Assembly: GCA_002811645.1 (NCBI GenBank)
Contig: PDIP01000122.1
Coordinates: forward strand, 245,962 to 309,961
Length of the DNA: 64,000 nucleotides
Source of the DNA: Corallochytrium limacisporum Hawaii
Taxonomy: Eukaryota > Protista > Pluriformea
Direction of reading: 5' to 3'
Shown: positions 53,638-64,000 of the stretch, piece by piece
Layout: every line of letters begins with the position of its first letter
Numbering within the stretch: position 1 is the first letter of the stretch
Made by a program: the position numbers and the translations under genes
The notes under the pieces: generated by a model
What the model was told of the DNA's origin: nothing
Databases searched by the model: none
The model's input: the letters and a program-made list of their open reading frames with translations, nothing else

Positions 53638-54108
53638 ATGGGTTTCGAAACCGCTGGAGCTGGCACTCATTATGCCATTGATGTTGACCAGTACGAAGAG
53701 CACTACCAAGATCAGCCAACCGATGACGCACCGGGAGTTGAGCAGTCAGTAGCCACAAAGGTTTCGCAAATTAACACCTACATGCAAGGTGGACGCCAAT
53801 TGGAGGCCTTGCCGGTTGCCCTCGAAAAGCTACCTTTCGGCACCAACCCGAGCGCTGCAAAGGAACAGAACTTCACAGCAGTTCTCAATCTTCTTCTGGC
53901 AATCCCAACCAAGAGTATCCCTGACTCAGTAAAGAAGTTGGATCAGCAGCAGATTGATGAGCTCACTAACTACGTCTATGCTGGATTCGAACGAGCCCAA
54001 GAGGGTCACGCACATCTTTTGCAGTGGCATGCTGCCATCGTCGACGCCCCTCTTGGAGGACGAGGTGCTCTGATCCGCAGTCTCTGTCACCGTCAGCTGG
54101 CCATCTAA
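53638..54108 (+). CDS. ARPC5: Actin-related protein 2/3 complex subunit 5 (p16-Arc)
   Basis: IDVDQYEE, P(F)GT...AKEQ, VKKLDQQQIDELTNYVYAGF, LLQWHAAIV...GRGALIRSL. Confidence 0.92.
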   Translation: MGFETAGAGTHYAIDVDQYEEHYQDQPTDDAPGVEQSVATKVSQINTYMQGGRQLEALPVALEKLPFGTNPSAAKEQNFTAVLNLLLAIPTKSIPDSVKKLDQQQIDELTNYVYAGFERAQEGHAHLLQWHAAIVDAPLGGRGALIRSLCHRQLAI

Positions 54109-54308
54109 CTGTGCAGCAGGTCTCGCATAAAAACCACCACATCTAAGATTAGAACATATAGCATTGCGACCACAATATTAAGAAGCGAGATGACTACAAT
54201 GATGCACTAATCTGACTTATTTAAAATTCTATGATGTATGATGTATCATATGTTGTACGCTATGGAGGCTGGAAACATATGGTAACGATGTGATATGTTT
54301 GCATTGCT

Positions 54309-54632
54309 TTACTCAGTAAGGAAAGGATTACTGATCTCTTCAAAGCCGTCCAGTGGGCAGACCCACACGACGGTAGGTCCACGGCAGACGGTCAGACCGA
54401 GCTTCCTTGTCTCTCCGGTCAGTGTGTATGGATCCTCAGGGTCCCGCAGGTATTCTACACAGTCGTCAATGACCAAGTTCATTAGCGTATCGTATCCCTT
54501 CAGCAAGCCGTCGACCTCCCGTCCGCCTGCGAACTTAACTTTCACCCTCTGTCCAAAGTATTTTGAAAGATCAAGAACAACCTTCTTTTCCTGCTTGCGA
54601 GGAGGCTGGCTCTGTTGTGCGTTGTCAGTCAT
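54309..54632 (-). CDS. LSM7: U6 snRNA-associated Sm-like protein LSm7
   Basis: LDLSKYFGQRVKVKFAGGREVDGLLKGYDTLMNLVID, RKLGLTVCRG, DGFEEISNPF. Confidence 0.96.
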   Translation of the reverse strand: MTDNAQQSQPPRKQEKKVVLDLSKYFGQRVKVKFAGGREVDGLLKGYDTLMNLVIDDCVEYLRDPEDPYTLTGETRKLGLTVCRGPTVVWVCPLDGFEEISNPFLTE

Positions 54633-55774
54633 GACTAATTCTGTATATGTCTTACACTCCGAATTCTCCGATCGAGTGCTGAAAAGTGTGACAATAATAC
54701 GCCGTCGTGAATATGATGAGTTTGGTCTTTGAATACCAGAGTTTATCTATGAACTCGACGAAAGGCTGTCCATCTTGTAGCCGGAGTATTTCGTGTTTCA
54801 GTTTTGCACTGGCACTGACTTTACCTGGGTATCTTCATACGTTCCGCTGGAGATGGGCGGCAGGCCAGATTGACGGGGTAGCAGCAGTGGAGAGCAGCTC
54901 CTGCCCCTGGCGCTGTGGCACGAGGGAACCAAGGCCCTGCAGGGGGAGGGGAGGGGGCGGGCAGTTTACCGGTGTGTATGCTAGGGATGCAGGGGCCAAC
55001 AATGGGTTTCACACCATATAGTCCAGAACAAAAAGAACCAGATTCAGTGTGTTGTGCCTTCAGCAGCCTGACTGTCAAAAGACACATCACAAACTACCGG
55101 GAAAAAAGGGGGGGGGGGGGACGGGGTATGCATGCGACCTGGCACTACGTCCTCCATCCCTAGCGCTGCCAATTGTGCCTGCGGATGTTTTGCTCGCTTG
55201 CGTCCCTCCATACTCAACGACTAAGATTCCTACCTTAAACCAATAGATACACACATACTGGAGAGATAGGGTGGTGGTAGGGTTTTCGCAGAGCGTAGGC
55301 TGCAAGAGTGTGCGGGCCTTCGCCTGCACGGAAAAAGGTAAGGATTATGTTTTGATGGGGGGCTCCTGTGCCCACCTCTCGTTTGTTTGTTGGCGAACCA
55401 CAATATGAGGTTTCAAATCTCTTTGGCTTCAAAGGGTCATCATGTTTTACATCATCTGGACCACACGATCTGGAACACGTTTGGTGTTGATATCATACGA
55501 TCAATGTCTTGCGAGCTTGAGCCAACGTGACGTTACGGGTGCAGTAGTGTCAGGTATTTTGTGATTGGTGGTGGTTATGGGGTGATGGAGACGAATGGTT
55601 TATTGAGCAGTGTGGGACATAATCGTTAGGACACTACCATCCAGAAACAATTTGAATATCTCGGGTTTCCAGAAGGGACTGAATACTGTTATAGTCTTAA
55701 TAGATTGACAGTGAGGAGAACATTACTGAATAACAAACAAAACAACGGAAAAGTTTAGTAGTAATTCTAACACC

Positions 55775-56950
55775 ATGTACAAGGTCATTGGCGCGATAGT
55801 TTCAATCGCCGTCCTGGTAGGTGTATCCTACTTCCTGTACACGTTCCGTGCATCGATGGAGGGTACAGTTCGCAATATGGCCGGAGCCATCTACGAACCA
55901 CAGTATGTCGATCCGCTGTACAAGTATCCAGTTGACTGGAAGGAGGAGATGCGAAAGGACTACGAGGCTGCACGGGATGCTGGTAAGCCCAACAAGGAGC
56001 TTAGCAAGAAACTGAGTGAGTATGGTATTGCTTGCATTCCTTCGGTCCGCATGGTAGAGCAAGACATGCAGGGCATTGACAAGGCATACAAGAAAGGCTT
56101 TGTTACCCGTGGCCGGCACCAGCTCTACACCCGCGCCAAATCGGCTCGCGAACAAGTATTGCGTTACCTGCAGATTGAGGCCAACAAGATCAAACCGGGT
56201 TGGGAGAAGACTATTATTCAAGAGTGTGTGAAAACCAGCAATAGCCGTGAGCAGGCCGCCTCGCGACAACAAGGCAAACAGACGCAGATCAAGATCCCTC
56301 CGGCGATTGTCCACGCTGTGTGGAATGGGTCCCTGAGCGAAGATGATCTGGTCAAGGAGCCGCACAATATTCCAAAGGAAGTTGTCGGCGACGTGGTGAA
56401 GCAACTGAAGGCACTTCCCAAGGAAAAGCTGCCTCCCTTGTCCGCACCCACTCCCCCGGGAGGAGCACAGCAGGAACCGCAGGACGCCAAGAGTCCCTCG
56501 GGCAAGGGTGGCAAGGGTGGCAAGGGTGGCAAGGGTGGCAAGGCTGGAGCCGATGCTGGCCGGATAAGCTCTCCCGAAGAAGCAGCACCGGCCAGTCCGC
56601 CACAAGGGCAACCCGGACCCCCCGGCCAACCCGGCCAGCCTGGGCAACCTGGTCAGCAGCAGATTCGTGTGCCGGTCCAGGTCATCCTTGGGCTCCGCAA
56701 CGGCAGCATTCAGCCCGCCCAGCTGGTCCAGCCACCGTTCAACTTCCCACCGCAGGTGGTTGCCCAGCTGGTCCAACAAGCCGCAGCAATGCCTGAGGCC
56801 CAGTATAAGCAGATGGAAGCCATGGTTGCAAAGCAGCAGGCAGAAATGGCTGCCGCTGCCAAGGCCAAGAGCGAAGGGGAGGCGACTGAGAAGCCCGCAC
56901 CAGAAGCGGCTCCCACCACCCCGGATACCAAACCGGAGGCTTCCGATTGA
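55775..56950 (+). CDS. Hypothetical N-anchored membrane protein with an internal duplicated ~40-aa module and GKG/PGQ repeats
   Basis: 391-aa ORF with a good Kozak-like context (CACCATG), N-terminal hydrophobic helix and strong codon bias. No family recognised. Confidence 0.8.
   Translation: MYKVIGAIVSIAVLVGVSYFLYTFRASMEGTVRNMAGAIYEPQYVDPLYKYPVDWKEEMRKDYEAARDAGKPNKELSKKLSEYGIACIPSVRMVEQDMQGIDKAYKKGFVTRGRHQLYTRAKSAREQVLRYLQIEANKIKPGWEKTIIQECVKTSNSREQAASRQQGKQTQIKIPPAIVHAVWNGSLSEDDLVKEPHNIPKEVVGDVVKQLKALPKEKLPPLSAPTPPGGAQQEPQDAKSPSGKGGKGGKGGKGGKAGADAGRISSPEEAAPASPPQGQPGPPGQPGQPGQPGQQQIRVPVQVILGLRNGSIQPAQLVQPPFNFPPQVVAQLVQQAAAMPEAQYKQMEAMVAKQQAEMAAAAKAKSEGEATEKPAPEAAPTTPDTKPEASD
56501..56542 (+). 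repeat. Coding minisatellite (GGCAAGGGT)4.7 encoding (GKG)n
   Basis: Perfect 9-nt tandem repeat. Confidence 0.9.
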
Positions 56951-58764
56951 AAACAGTGGGGTGAACCATCGTTGACTGCAACAGCACAAGGGCTTGAAAC
57001 AAGAGGGAAGGAGCCAACCACCGTTCTTCGTAGGTGTGGTGGTTGAGGGAAGATAACGTGCGAGGAGCGAAAGGAAGCAGTGAGGGTAGTGGGAGGAAGA
57101 AAACATGACTCCAGAGCAGTAGAATATTCCGGCTTGTGGGAGGGTACGCGGGGTTTTTGCAATTTCTTTGCGATGATGCGCAGCACCACTTTCACATCAC
57201 CATATTACTGATGCACTCGGTAACAAATCTCATGTCCAATCTCTGTACTGGGGACGCGTACAGTGCATTGTTTCTATCTCTGTCCCCAATCACATGCATT
57301 TACGGAGCTTTTAGCTCGGGTAAAGGATACCTATGACGCCACATTGATGATGGCGCCGTATGATTAAGGCGAGGAGGGAGTCTCCTATCTGGACCGCGGT
57401 GCATGTGTTTTTCACGAGTTGATACACACGGAAACCAAGCGGTGTGTTTGGCAGTCCAAGAAACGCTCCGTCCGGTATGAACTGCGCATGCGCGAGTCAT
57501 CCAACCAGAAAAGCAATTTTCATAATCTATCGCTGTGTTCGTATGCAAGTGTGTCTCTTGATCGCTCTCCGCATCATATTTCCCACCTCGCAGTATGACA
57601 AGGCAACGCAAGATGTGGAGATGATGTCCAGGGCACAAACGCAGCCAGCCTACCTCTTCCGCTTCGAACGCGCCATCGATATCTGAACCCGAACATTCCG
57701 TATACATATTAGAACCCCAACAGCCATGGTAAATTAGCAAACACCTCCCATCGCGCTGCATGTGCGTTCAAGCACTGCGGTATGTCAAAGTGGATCTCCC
57801 TGTCGCCAGTGGCTGAGTGCCACAGTCAGCCAAACGGTGGGGAAGAGGGAAGGGGGTGGGGGGCGCAATGCCATTAAACATTTTGATTACCATTCTTTCG
57901 TTATCTCTCCCATTGAGGGCATGGAATATTCACATATGTATTCCCAGTCACATATATAAAGTGCTAAAATATATACCTCCCACCTATCTTTTTCCGTCGG
58001 AATGAGGTGGCGATCAGGGCCAAATAAAGGAAAAATGCCGGATATACGTGGGAAGCGTGGCTCATTTTTATCAGTCGCGGAGGCAAGGAAAACCCGGGCG
58101 AAGGTGGCTAACTGGCACGGACGCCAGACTTTTGGCAACGGGGACCCATTGACTCACCACCGCGTTTCGCCTTCTCGTGTCAGTGTCTTCGATAAGGTGC
58201 AACCCCCCCCCCCGGCCTCCCCTCCCTGTTTTCGGTCCCGAAATCGACGATGCCACGGTTACTACCTCTCCAGATATCAACGGTTAATTTTGAGGAAATT
58301 GGACTCCCTCTGGCTTTTTTGGGACCTAAGGGCCCTGGTCCCCGGGCCCGGGTTGCCGTTTTTCTTCGGGGTTTCCTGTGTATTTCTGCCGATCGTTCCG
58401 TTCAATTTTCTCTAATTTGGTCTTGTCTTTTCTTTCTTGTGTGTTGCCCTAGTTTTTTTTTTCTATTTTTCCTTCGTGTTTGTTCGTGGCTTGCACCGAC
58501 CCTACCTTTTTTTGCTCTTTTCGGGGAGGGGTCCGTCCGTCTCCCCCGTGGGGGCTAACCCCCCTTGCCCTCCCCCCCCTGTCGCCTGGTATTGTACAGT
58601 TTTTGGTTATTTTTTCGGTTTTTATTTTGAATTTTCGTTTCTATTTTGTTTTTCTTTTTTTAGAGATTGTGTTTCCGATCGGCAACAAAGTTTGAAGATT
58701 TTGGAGACCCCGTCGGAAAAATTGAGAAGGAAACAAGGAGGGGAGGGGGGGGGGGGGGGGGGAG

Positions 58765-58904
58765 NNNNNNNNNNNNNNNNNNNNNNNNNNNNNNNNNNNN
58801 NNNNNNNNNNNNNNNNNNNNNNNNNNNNNNNNNNNNNNNNNNNNNNNNNNNNNNNNNNNNNNNNNNNNNNNNNNNNNNNNNNNNNNNNNNNNNNNNNNNN
58901 NNNN
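58765..58904. other. Assembly gap (140 N)
   Basis: N run that follows a poly-G tract. Confidence 1.
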
Positions 58905-60172
58905 AGAGAAGGAGAGAGAGAGAGCAAAGGAAGGGGGGGGGAGAGGGCAGGTGGGTTGCGCGCGCGATGGTTGGGAGGGAAGGGTAGAAAGGAGCGAAGG
59001 AATGCGTGTATTTTGCAAGACGAAAGTAAAAAAGGAAGAAAAAGGAATAAAAAAAGAAAGGGGGATAAAGAGGAAAGACAAAGGAAGGAATTGCTGATTA
59101 GGCGAGGGAAGATGAAGAGAGAGGGGTGGAGAAAAAACGAAGTGAGGAATTCTTATTCAAGGTCCCAAGATCCCCCCTTTACGGCCAACGGCGGTGCAAC
59201 CATGGAAGCATCGGAGCATGCGCATCCATTGGACATCATTCAACTGCCAGACAACAGCACCACACATGGGCACAGACATGCTGTGCAGCCGGGAATGTAA
59301 GCAACCCATCAGCCAGACAACCACAACTGATGATGGGCTACGGCACGGTCCTCAGGACACTTGGGAATGGGATCGCTGTTTCGTGGATCAACTGATGGGC
59401 CTCCCGCTGTCGGCCCAACCGTTCGGCAGGAAGATCCACCAAACCTTTTTGGAGTACGCGTGAAGCACGCGGAACCGGCATTTCCATAGCGAATCTATGA
59501 GCAATTCGGGGCTGAAATAGGGCAAAATGATCTGGAATATTGGCCCGCAGAGGATTACATCGCTAGGACGGAAACCCAAAAGAAGGAAGCGGGAGACGAA
59601 GACGAGCGGCAGGCAGGCAAAAGGCAGCAGGCAGGCCCCGGGGGGAGGGGTTTTGGGGAGTGGGCAGGGCCAAGGCATGCTACGGCAGGGGGAGGGGGGA
59701 GCAGGAATAAGGAAGAGAACGAAGGAGGGAGAGAAGTTGGAGAGGGAAGGGAAGGGAAGAAGGGAGGGAGGGGAAGAAGGGAGGGAGGGGGGGGAAAACT
59801 GGGAACGGGAAAGGGAGGATAGGAACGAATGATGGGGACCGCACAGGGGGGAAAGTATGTGGACAATCTACGATGGTCCCTACTCCATGTTTCCTTTTCT
59901 TGACTTCCTTGTGTGCGGTGGTGAGGAAATTCCCGAATCTCCTTTATCTCTTGGGAGAATGGATTTCATATACCCGCGTGCGTGGAAAAACTCGCCATCG
60001 AAGAATGCGCATCACTACCCTTCTTGGGACCCCCCCCCCTTGGCTTTGCCTGCTTCGCCTTCCCCACTCTTCACATATGCCCCGCCGCTCCCATACTGGA
60101 CACATCGCGAAATGCTTCCCGACCTTCACACCCGCAAAAGCGGCACATACAAACACCGTCCCCCCCCTCCCC

Positions 60173-60312
60173 NNNNNNNNNNNNNNNNNNNNNNNNNNNN
60201 NNNNNNNNNNNNNNNNNNNNNNNNNNNNNNNNNNNNNNNNNNNNNNNNNNNNNNNNNNNNNNNNNNNNNNNNNNNNNNNNNNNNNNNNNNNNNNNNNNNN
60301 NNNNNNNNNNNN
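60173..60312. other. Assembly gap (140 N)
   Basis: N run that follows a poly-C tract. Confidence 1.
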
Positions 60313-61564
60313 CTCCCCTCTTCCTTCTCTCTTCCCGCTTCCGGTTTCTTTTCGAAGGCGGGCATCTTCCCTTGGTCACCACCGCCAAAAACCGAGATGC
60401 CCGTATTTCAAAGCATCGGTTCAGATCACGCGACCCGGATGATGGACGCGCGGTTTCTTCACACGTATAAACACACAAATGCACACGCCTGACCCACCTT
60501 TGGCCAACTTGGTCCACCACCCCCCCCCCAAACTCAGTATCATTCGGACCCTTCCTGGGATCCCGCCACCCCCCCCCTCATGCCTCCGATTATCAGCGAC
60601 CCCTGCGCACTCAGCCAATTTTTGCTTTACCATCGGAGCCCATTATCGCATGCCTCCGTTGGGCGTCTGTGTACGTGTATGCGCGTAGTTTGGTGTGTCT
60701 TCGCTCAGAGAGCGGGACGGACTGTTAATGTTATTTTTGCCACTGTGTAGCAGTGGGGTTTAGGTATCTACCACCTCAATCGGAGGAATAGATTGGAAGT
60801 GACCGATAGCGGGTAAGAGGTGTGCCTGCTTCCGGTGTGGGCCTCCCCTCCTCCTCCCTCCCCCCCCACATTTCTCTTCCAACTGCCTGCTGGCTGTGGG
60901 GAGGAGTGCAGCAGCACTGTTGGGATGGATTTCAAAGTCCAACAAAAAGGAAAAATGAAAAGCCAATACGTTTTCCTTTCAGCTCCCTTGCCACTCTCGG
61001 TGTGTATCCTCTGTAGTGACTGTCTCTAGTTCAATCGCTCTTTTCCTTCTCGGAAGGAGGGCCTGCGTCCGGCATGGCGCCGCCCGGTATACAGAATTCC
61101 GACTTCTCCAGTACTTTCAAAGGGCAGACGCATCGGACATCGGGGACGCCCTGATGTCATTCCACGCTGCCACCACATAGCTGAGTGAGGGGCCCCCAGG
61201 TGGGGGGGTGCGAATCCGGTACTTTCGGTACCCGGAAGGGGGGGCCCTTCGCGGTATGGAGCGAGAGAAGGAATTGTTTATACTTTTGGGTGTGAAATTC
61301 CCGCGCTCCCCGGACAGGGCGGGAAGTGGATGAACCAGGACCGGGTGCAAGCACGAAATATTTCAGAATATTAGCAATATGCAGTTCATTGTGTGACTAA
61401 TTATATACTGAGAGAATTGTTATTGTTTACTACCGACCTATGAAAATGACTCCGACAGCTAGGCATGGCCGCCGTCGCGGCTTGGCCCCGCCGCGAGGCT
61501 AACACCGGACGGCTACGAAAATACGGAGCCCGTCCCAGGCGCCCGAGGCCCGCGCGTGTGGGTA

Positions 61565-61949
61565 CAGAGAGAGAGAGACGGAGACAGAGAGAGAGAGAGA
61601 GAAAGGCGCGGGGGTGGGGCGGCCATTTTTTTTGAGTCTTTGAGTACCGAAGGACGGAGAAGGGAGAAGAAAAGAAAGAAAAAAAAAAGGGAAAAGGACC
61701 CAAAAATAAACCAAAAAAGGAACGGAGCGCTAAAAATAAAAAGTCCGCCGCACCGCAAGAGAAAATCCTGGACCGTTGGCTCATTTTCACGGCTTGCGGT
61801 ATAGAAAATAAAAGTCGGTCGGCGGCCCAAAAAAAAAAAATCGTCCGTACCAACCGTGGCAACTGCCCCCCCCCTCTTCCTTCCCTTTTTCTTCTTTTCG
61901 ACTGCGCAAGGTTTAAAAATGAAAAAATAGTGAAAAGGGGGAAAAAAAG

Positions 61950-61980
<31 letters not shown>
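61565..61980. repeat. (GA)n and A-run low-complexity tracts upstream of the Myb gene
   Basis: GA runs at about 61565-61601 and 61950-61980, with A-runs between them. Confidence 0.85.
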
Positions 61981-62893
61981 GGAGGTCACGGGGTACCCCG
62001 CCAGCGGGCAACGGTTACGCGGGGTCTTTTGTCCGTTCCTCTTCGTTCTCCCTCCGTGTTGCGTCCCCACACTCTAAAACGGCTTTCCTTATTTTTCACA
62101 GTCCTGTGTGAGTGTGGGGAGGGGGGGGGGTGGTGTGTTGTGTGTGTGTGTTGCTCTGTGTCGTGTCGGGTGACCGATGCCTCCTCCCCCGTTTTTTTTA
62201 ATTCATTTCTCTGGCCGGACTGATCTGAAATCCGGCCCGCCAAACCTTCGAAACCCCAAACGGGGGCACAGCCACACACCAAGCATACCGCCGATCGAAA
62301 AACCCGAAAACCGATCCCACGAAACAGTGAGCAGAACTCTTGGGATGCCCTTTCTCGGTTCACAGTTCCATACAAGTCATATTGGATTAGAAACCCGACC
62401 TGGCGACAATACTCCAAAGGCGGATAGAAGCGATTAGGGCAAGCCGCGGGGAAGGGGGGGGGGAGGGGAGGCAGTCTTCACAACGATTTCACGATTTGCA
62501 TGCGCGGTTGGTGTCGTCCATCGCTACCGCTGCAACAGGGAAGAGGGGGTCCCATACACACAGAGAGGCACAAAGAAAAAGCAGCGCACCAAGCGCACAT
62601 AATTTACACACACTCGTAAAGAGGCACTCTACCTTCGCAAAGTGGCGCCATTGATGGGACGTTTTCCGTATATAGACCCATCGCGAACTCATAGGTAGAT
62701 TGATAATGGCGCCCTTTTTTGTACGCCGTTTGTGAAATACGGACCAGTCGTGGTCGATACCAACTTCAACGGGGGGAAATCGGAGGCTATTCAAGAGGTG
62801 TTGATATGGATCATAAATGTAGTTGGTATTAAACGATCTCTAGGAAACATTTGTCTAGTTTGGCAATACCTCACAAAAGGGATAACTGTAACA

Positions 62894-64000
62894 ATGCCAA
62901 CCAAGAGTGAAAAGCCACCGGCCAGTCCGCTGCCAGCGCCGCCGGACGGCGACGACACAACAGCGGCAAAGAAGAGCAAGGCTAGCGCCGACACCGCCGA
63001 AAAGAAGAAGACGCCCGCCAAGCCCAAGAAGACTTCTGCAAAGGCCAAGGCCAAGGGCAAGAAATCCGGATCAACACCCGCAAAACGCGGTCGCAAACGT
63101 ATTCGCCCAAAGGTCGATGCCGACTACCCCTTCGATCACACGTTCGACATCCATTCCGTGTGGATGTACGACTCCAAGACCAAGAAGATTCTAAGGGACA
63201 AGCACTTGCTAAACTTTGGCCCCTGGACACCCGACGAGGTCCGCCGTTTGCACAAAAATATCCAAGATCATATTGCAGCCAAGGGATTCCAAGGCTCTCC
63301 AACCGAATATGTCCACAGCATTAAGCGTGACCAGGACCACGACTTGTGGCAGAAGGCTGCCCAGGGAATTAGGCGTGATTTGTTCTCGATCTACCGTCGT
63401 GTCCGCCGTGACTTTGAACCCGGCAATCATATGGGCCCGTACACACCTGAGGAAGACCAAAAGATTCGCGATTTGCTCTCAAAGTACGGCAAGCAGTGGG
63501 TTAAGATTGCTTCCGAGCTCGGACGCCACCCGCAGGCCGTCCGTGACCGCTGGAGGGCCTTGGCCAAGGACCCTGATACCAACCTGCAGCACGGAAGGTG
63601 GTCCATTGAGGAGGAAATTGCGCTCGTTAAGGCGGTTCACGACGCTGCTGGCACCAAGCTTGGTGAAGAGGTCGGCGATGTCGTCAACTGGCAGGCTATT
63701 TCCGCAAAGATGGGCACCCGCACCGAGAAGCAGTGCCGTCAAAAGTGGGTCGAGGACATGAACTTTGCGCAGAAGGGCATCAAGAATTTCGACCAGATCA
63801 AGGAGAAGTACAAGGAGAAGAAGAAGCGCGATCGCTACCCGCTCACCCACGAGCAGGAGATGCAGTTCCTGCGCTCTCTCTACGATCCAGACTATCTGGA
63901 GGAGAATCTTGTGGACTTCACCGCCCTCGGTGCCAGGTTCGGCAAGGGCAAGAAGTTCGCCCGTAGCCTTTGGAAGCGCATGCAGCGCCAGGCCATCGTT
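62894..64000 (+). CDS. Myb-domain DNA-binding protein, Reb1/TTF1/DMTF1 family (3' truncated by the window end; absent from the ORF track)
   Basis: Manual translation from ATG 62894 has no stop to the window end: K-rich N-tail, GPWTPDEVRRL, SIYRRVRR...GPYTPEEDQKIRDLLSKYGKQWVKIASELGRHPQAVRDRWR, GRWSIEEE, VNWQAISAKMGTRTEKQCRQKW. Confidence 0.92.
   Translation, partial: MPTKSEKPPASPLPAPPDGDDTTAAKKSKASADTAEKKKTPAKPKKTSAKAKAKGKKSGSTPAKRGRKRIRPKVDADYPFDHTFDIHSVWMYDSKTKKILRDKHLLNFGPWTPDEVRRLHKNIQDHIAAKGFQGSPTEYVHSIKRDQDHDLWQKAAQGIRRDLFSIYRRVRRDFEPGNHMGPYTPEEDQKIRDLLSKYGKQWVKIASELGRHPQAVRDRWRALAKDPDTNLQHGRWSIEEEIALVKAVHDAAGTKLGEEVGDVVNWQAISAKMGTRTEKQCRQKWVEDMNFAQKGIKNFDQIKEKYKEKKKRDRYPLTHEQEMQFLRSLYDPDYLEENLVDFTALGARFGKGKKFARSLWKRMQRQAIV

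Noticed and set aside
55802-57106. 434-aa antisense ORF
   Set aside because: It is the shadow of the codon-biased + strand gene 55775-56950; L/G/R-rich with no motifs.
58437-60520. ORFs spanning the N gaps
   Set aside because: They are open only because N codons are not stops, and the flanks are low complexity.
57317-60816. Two CGGGTAA (Reb1-like) sites and one CCCGGATG (DMTF1-like) site upstream of the Myb gene, suggesting autoregulation
   Set aside because: About one such 7-mer is expected by chance in 6 kb over both strands; not significant.

Overview
Gene-dense eukaryotic DNA with about 20 protein-coding genes. Every gene I could recognise has an uninterrupted, intron-free CDS. Genes are separated by promoter-like spacers rich in (GA)n and G/C/A/T runs, and there are two 140-N assembly gaps. 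Animal-type GMDS, GFUS, SVOP, PIF1 and a Rab11-FIP-like gene alongside a fungal-type DUF3712 protein suggest an intron-poor unicellular opisthokont or holozoan (Corallochytrium-like; inference only). Gene order: EF-hand/PH/CAMK kinase (CDPK7-like), DUF4112, JmjC pseudoenzyme, mitochondrial LysRS, a SAM-like/4xC2HC-ZnF/PHD-wHTH chromatin protein, SMC1 (with E2F sites), a coiled-coil protein, a 7-kb gene-free stretch, a 2043-aa DUF3712/LEA_2 repeat membrane protein, a DUF1647+Maf(DUF115)-like glycosyltransferase, SVOP, a head-to-head GMD/GDP-fucose synthase pair, GatA, PIF1, glucosidase II alpha, a C2-IPT-FIP-RBD protein, ARPC5, LSM7, an unknown membrane protein, and a Reb1/TTF1/DMTF1 Myb gene cut by the window end. 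The most notable observations are: (1) the Hop1-like PHD-winged-helix module with no HORMA domain, fused to four identically spaced zinc fingers; (2) the clustered de novo GDP-fucose pathway near a bacterial-type Maf-like transferase; (3) a Rab11-FIP carrying a Sec5-like Ral-binding IPT domain. All family assignments come from remembered motifs, not database searches. I found no rRNA, tRNA, CRISPR array or intact transposon.
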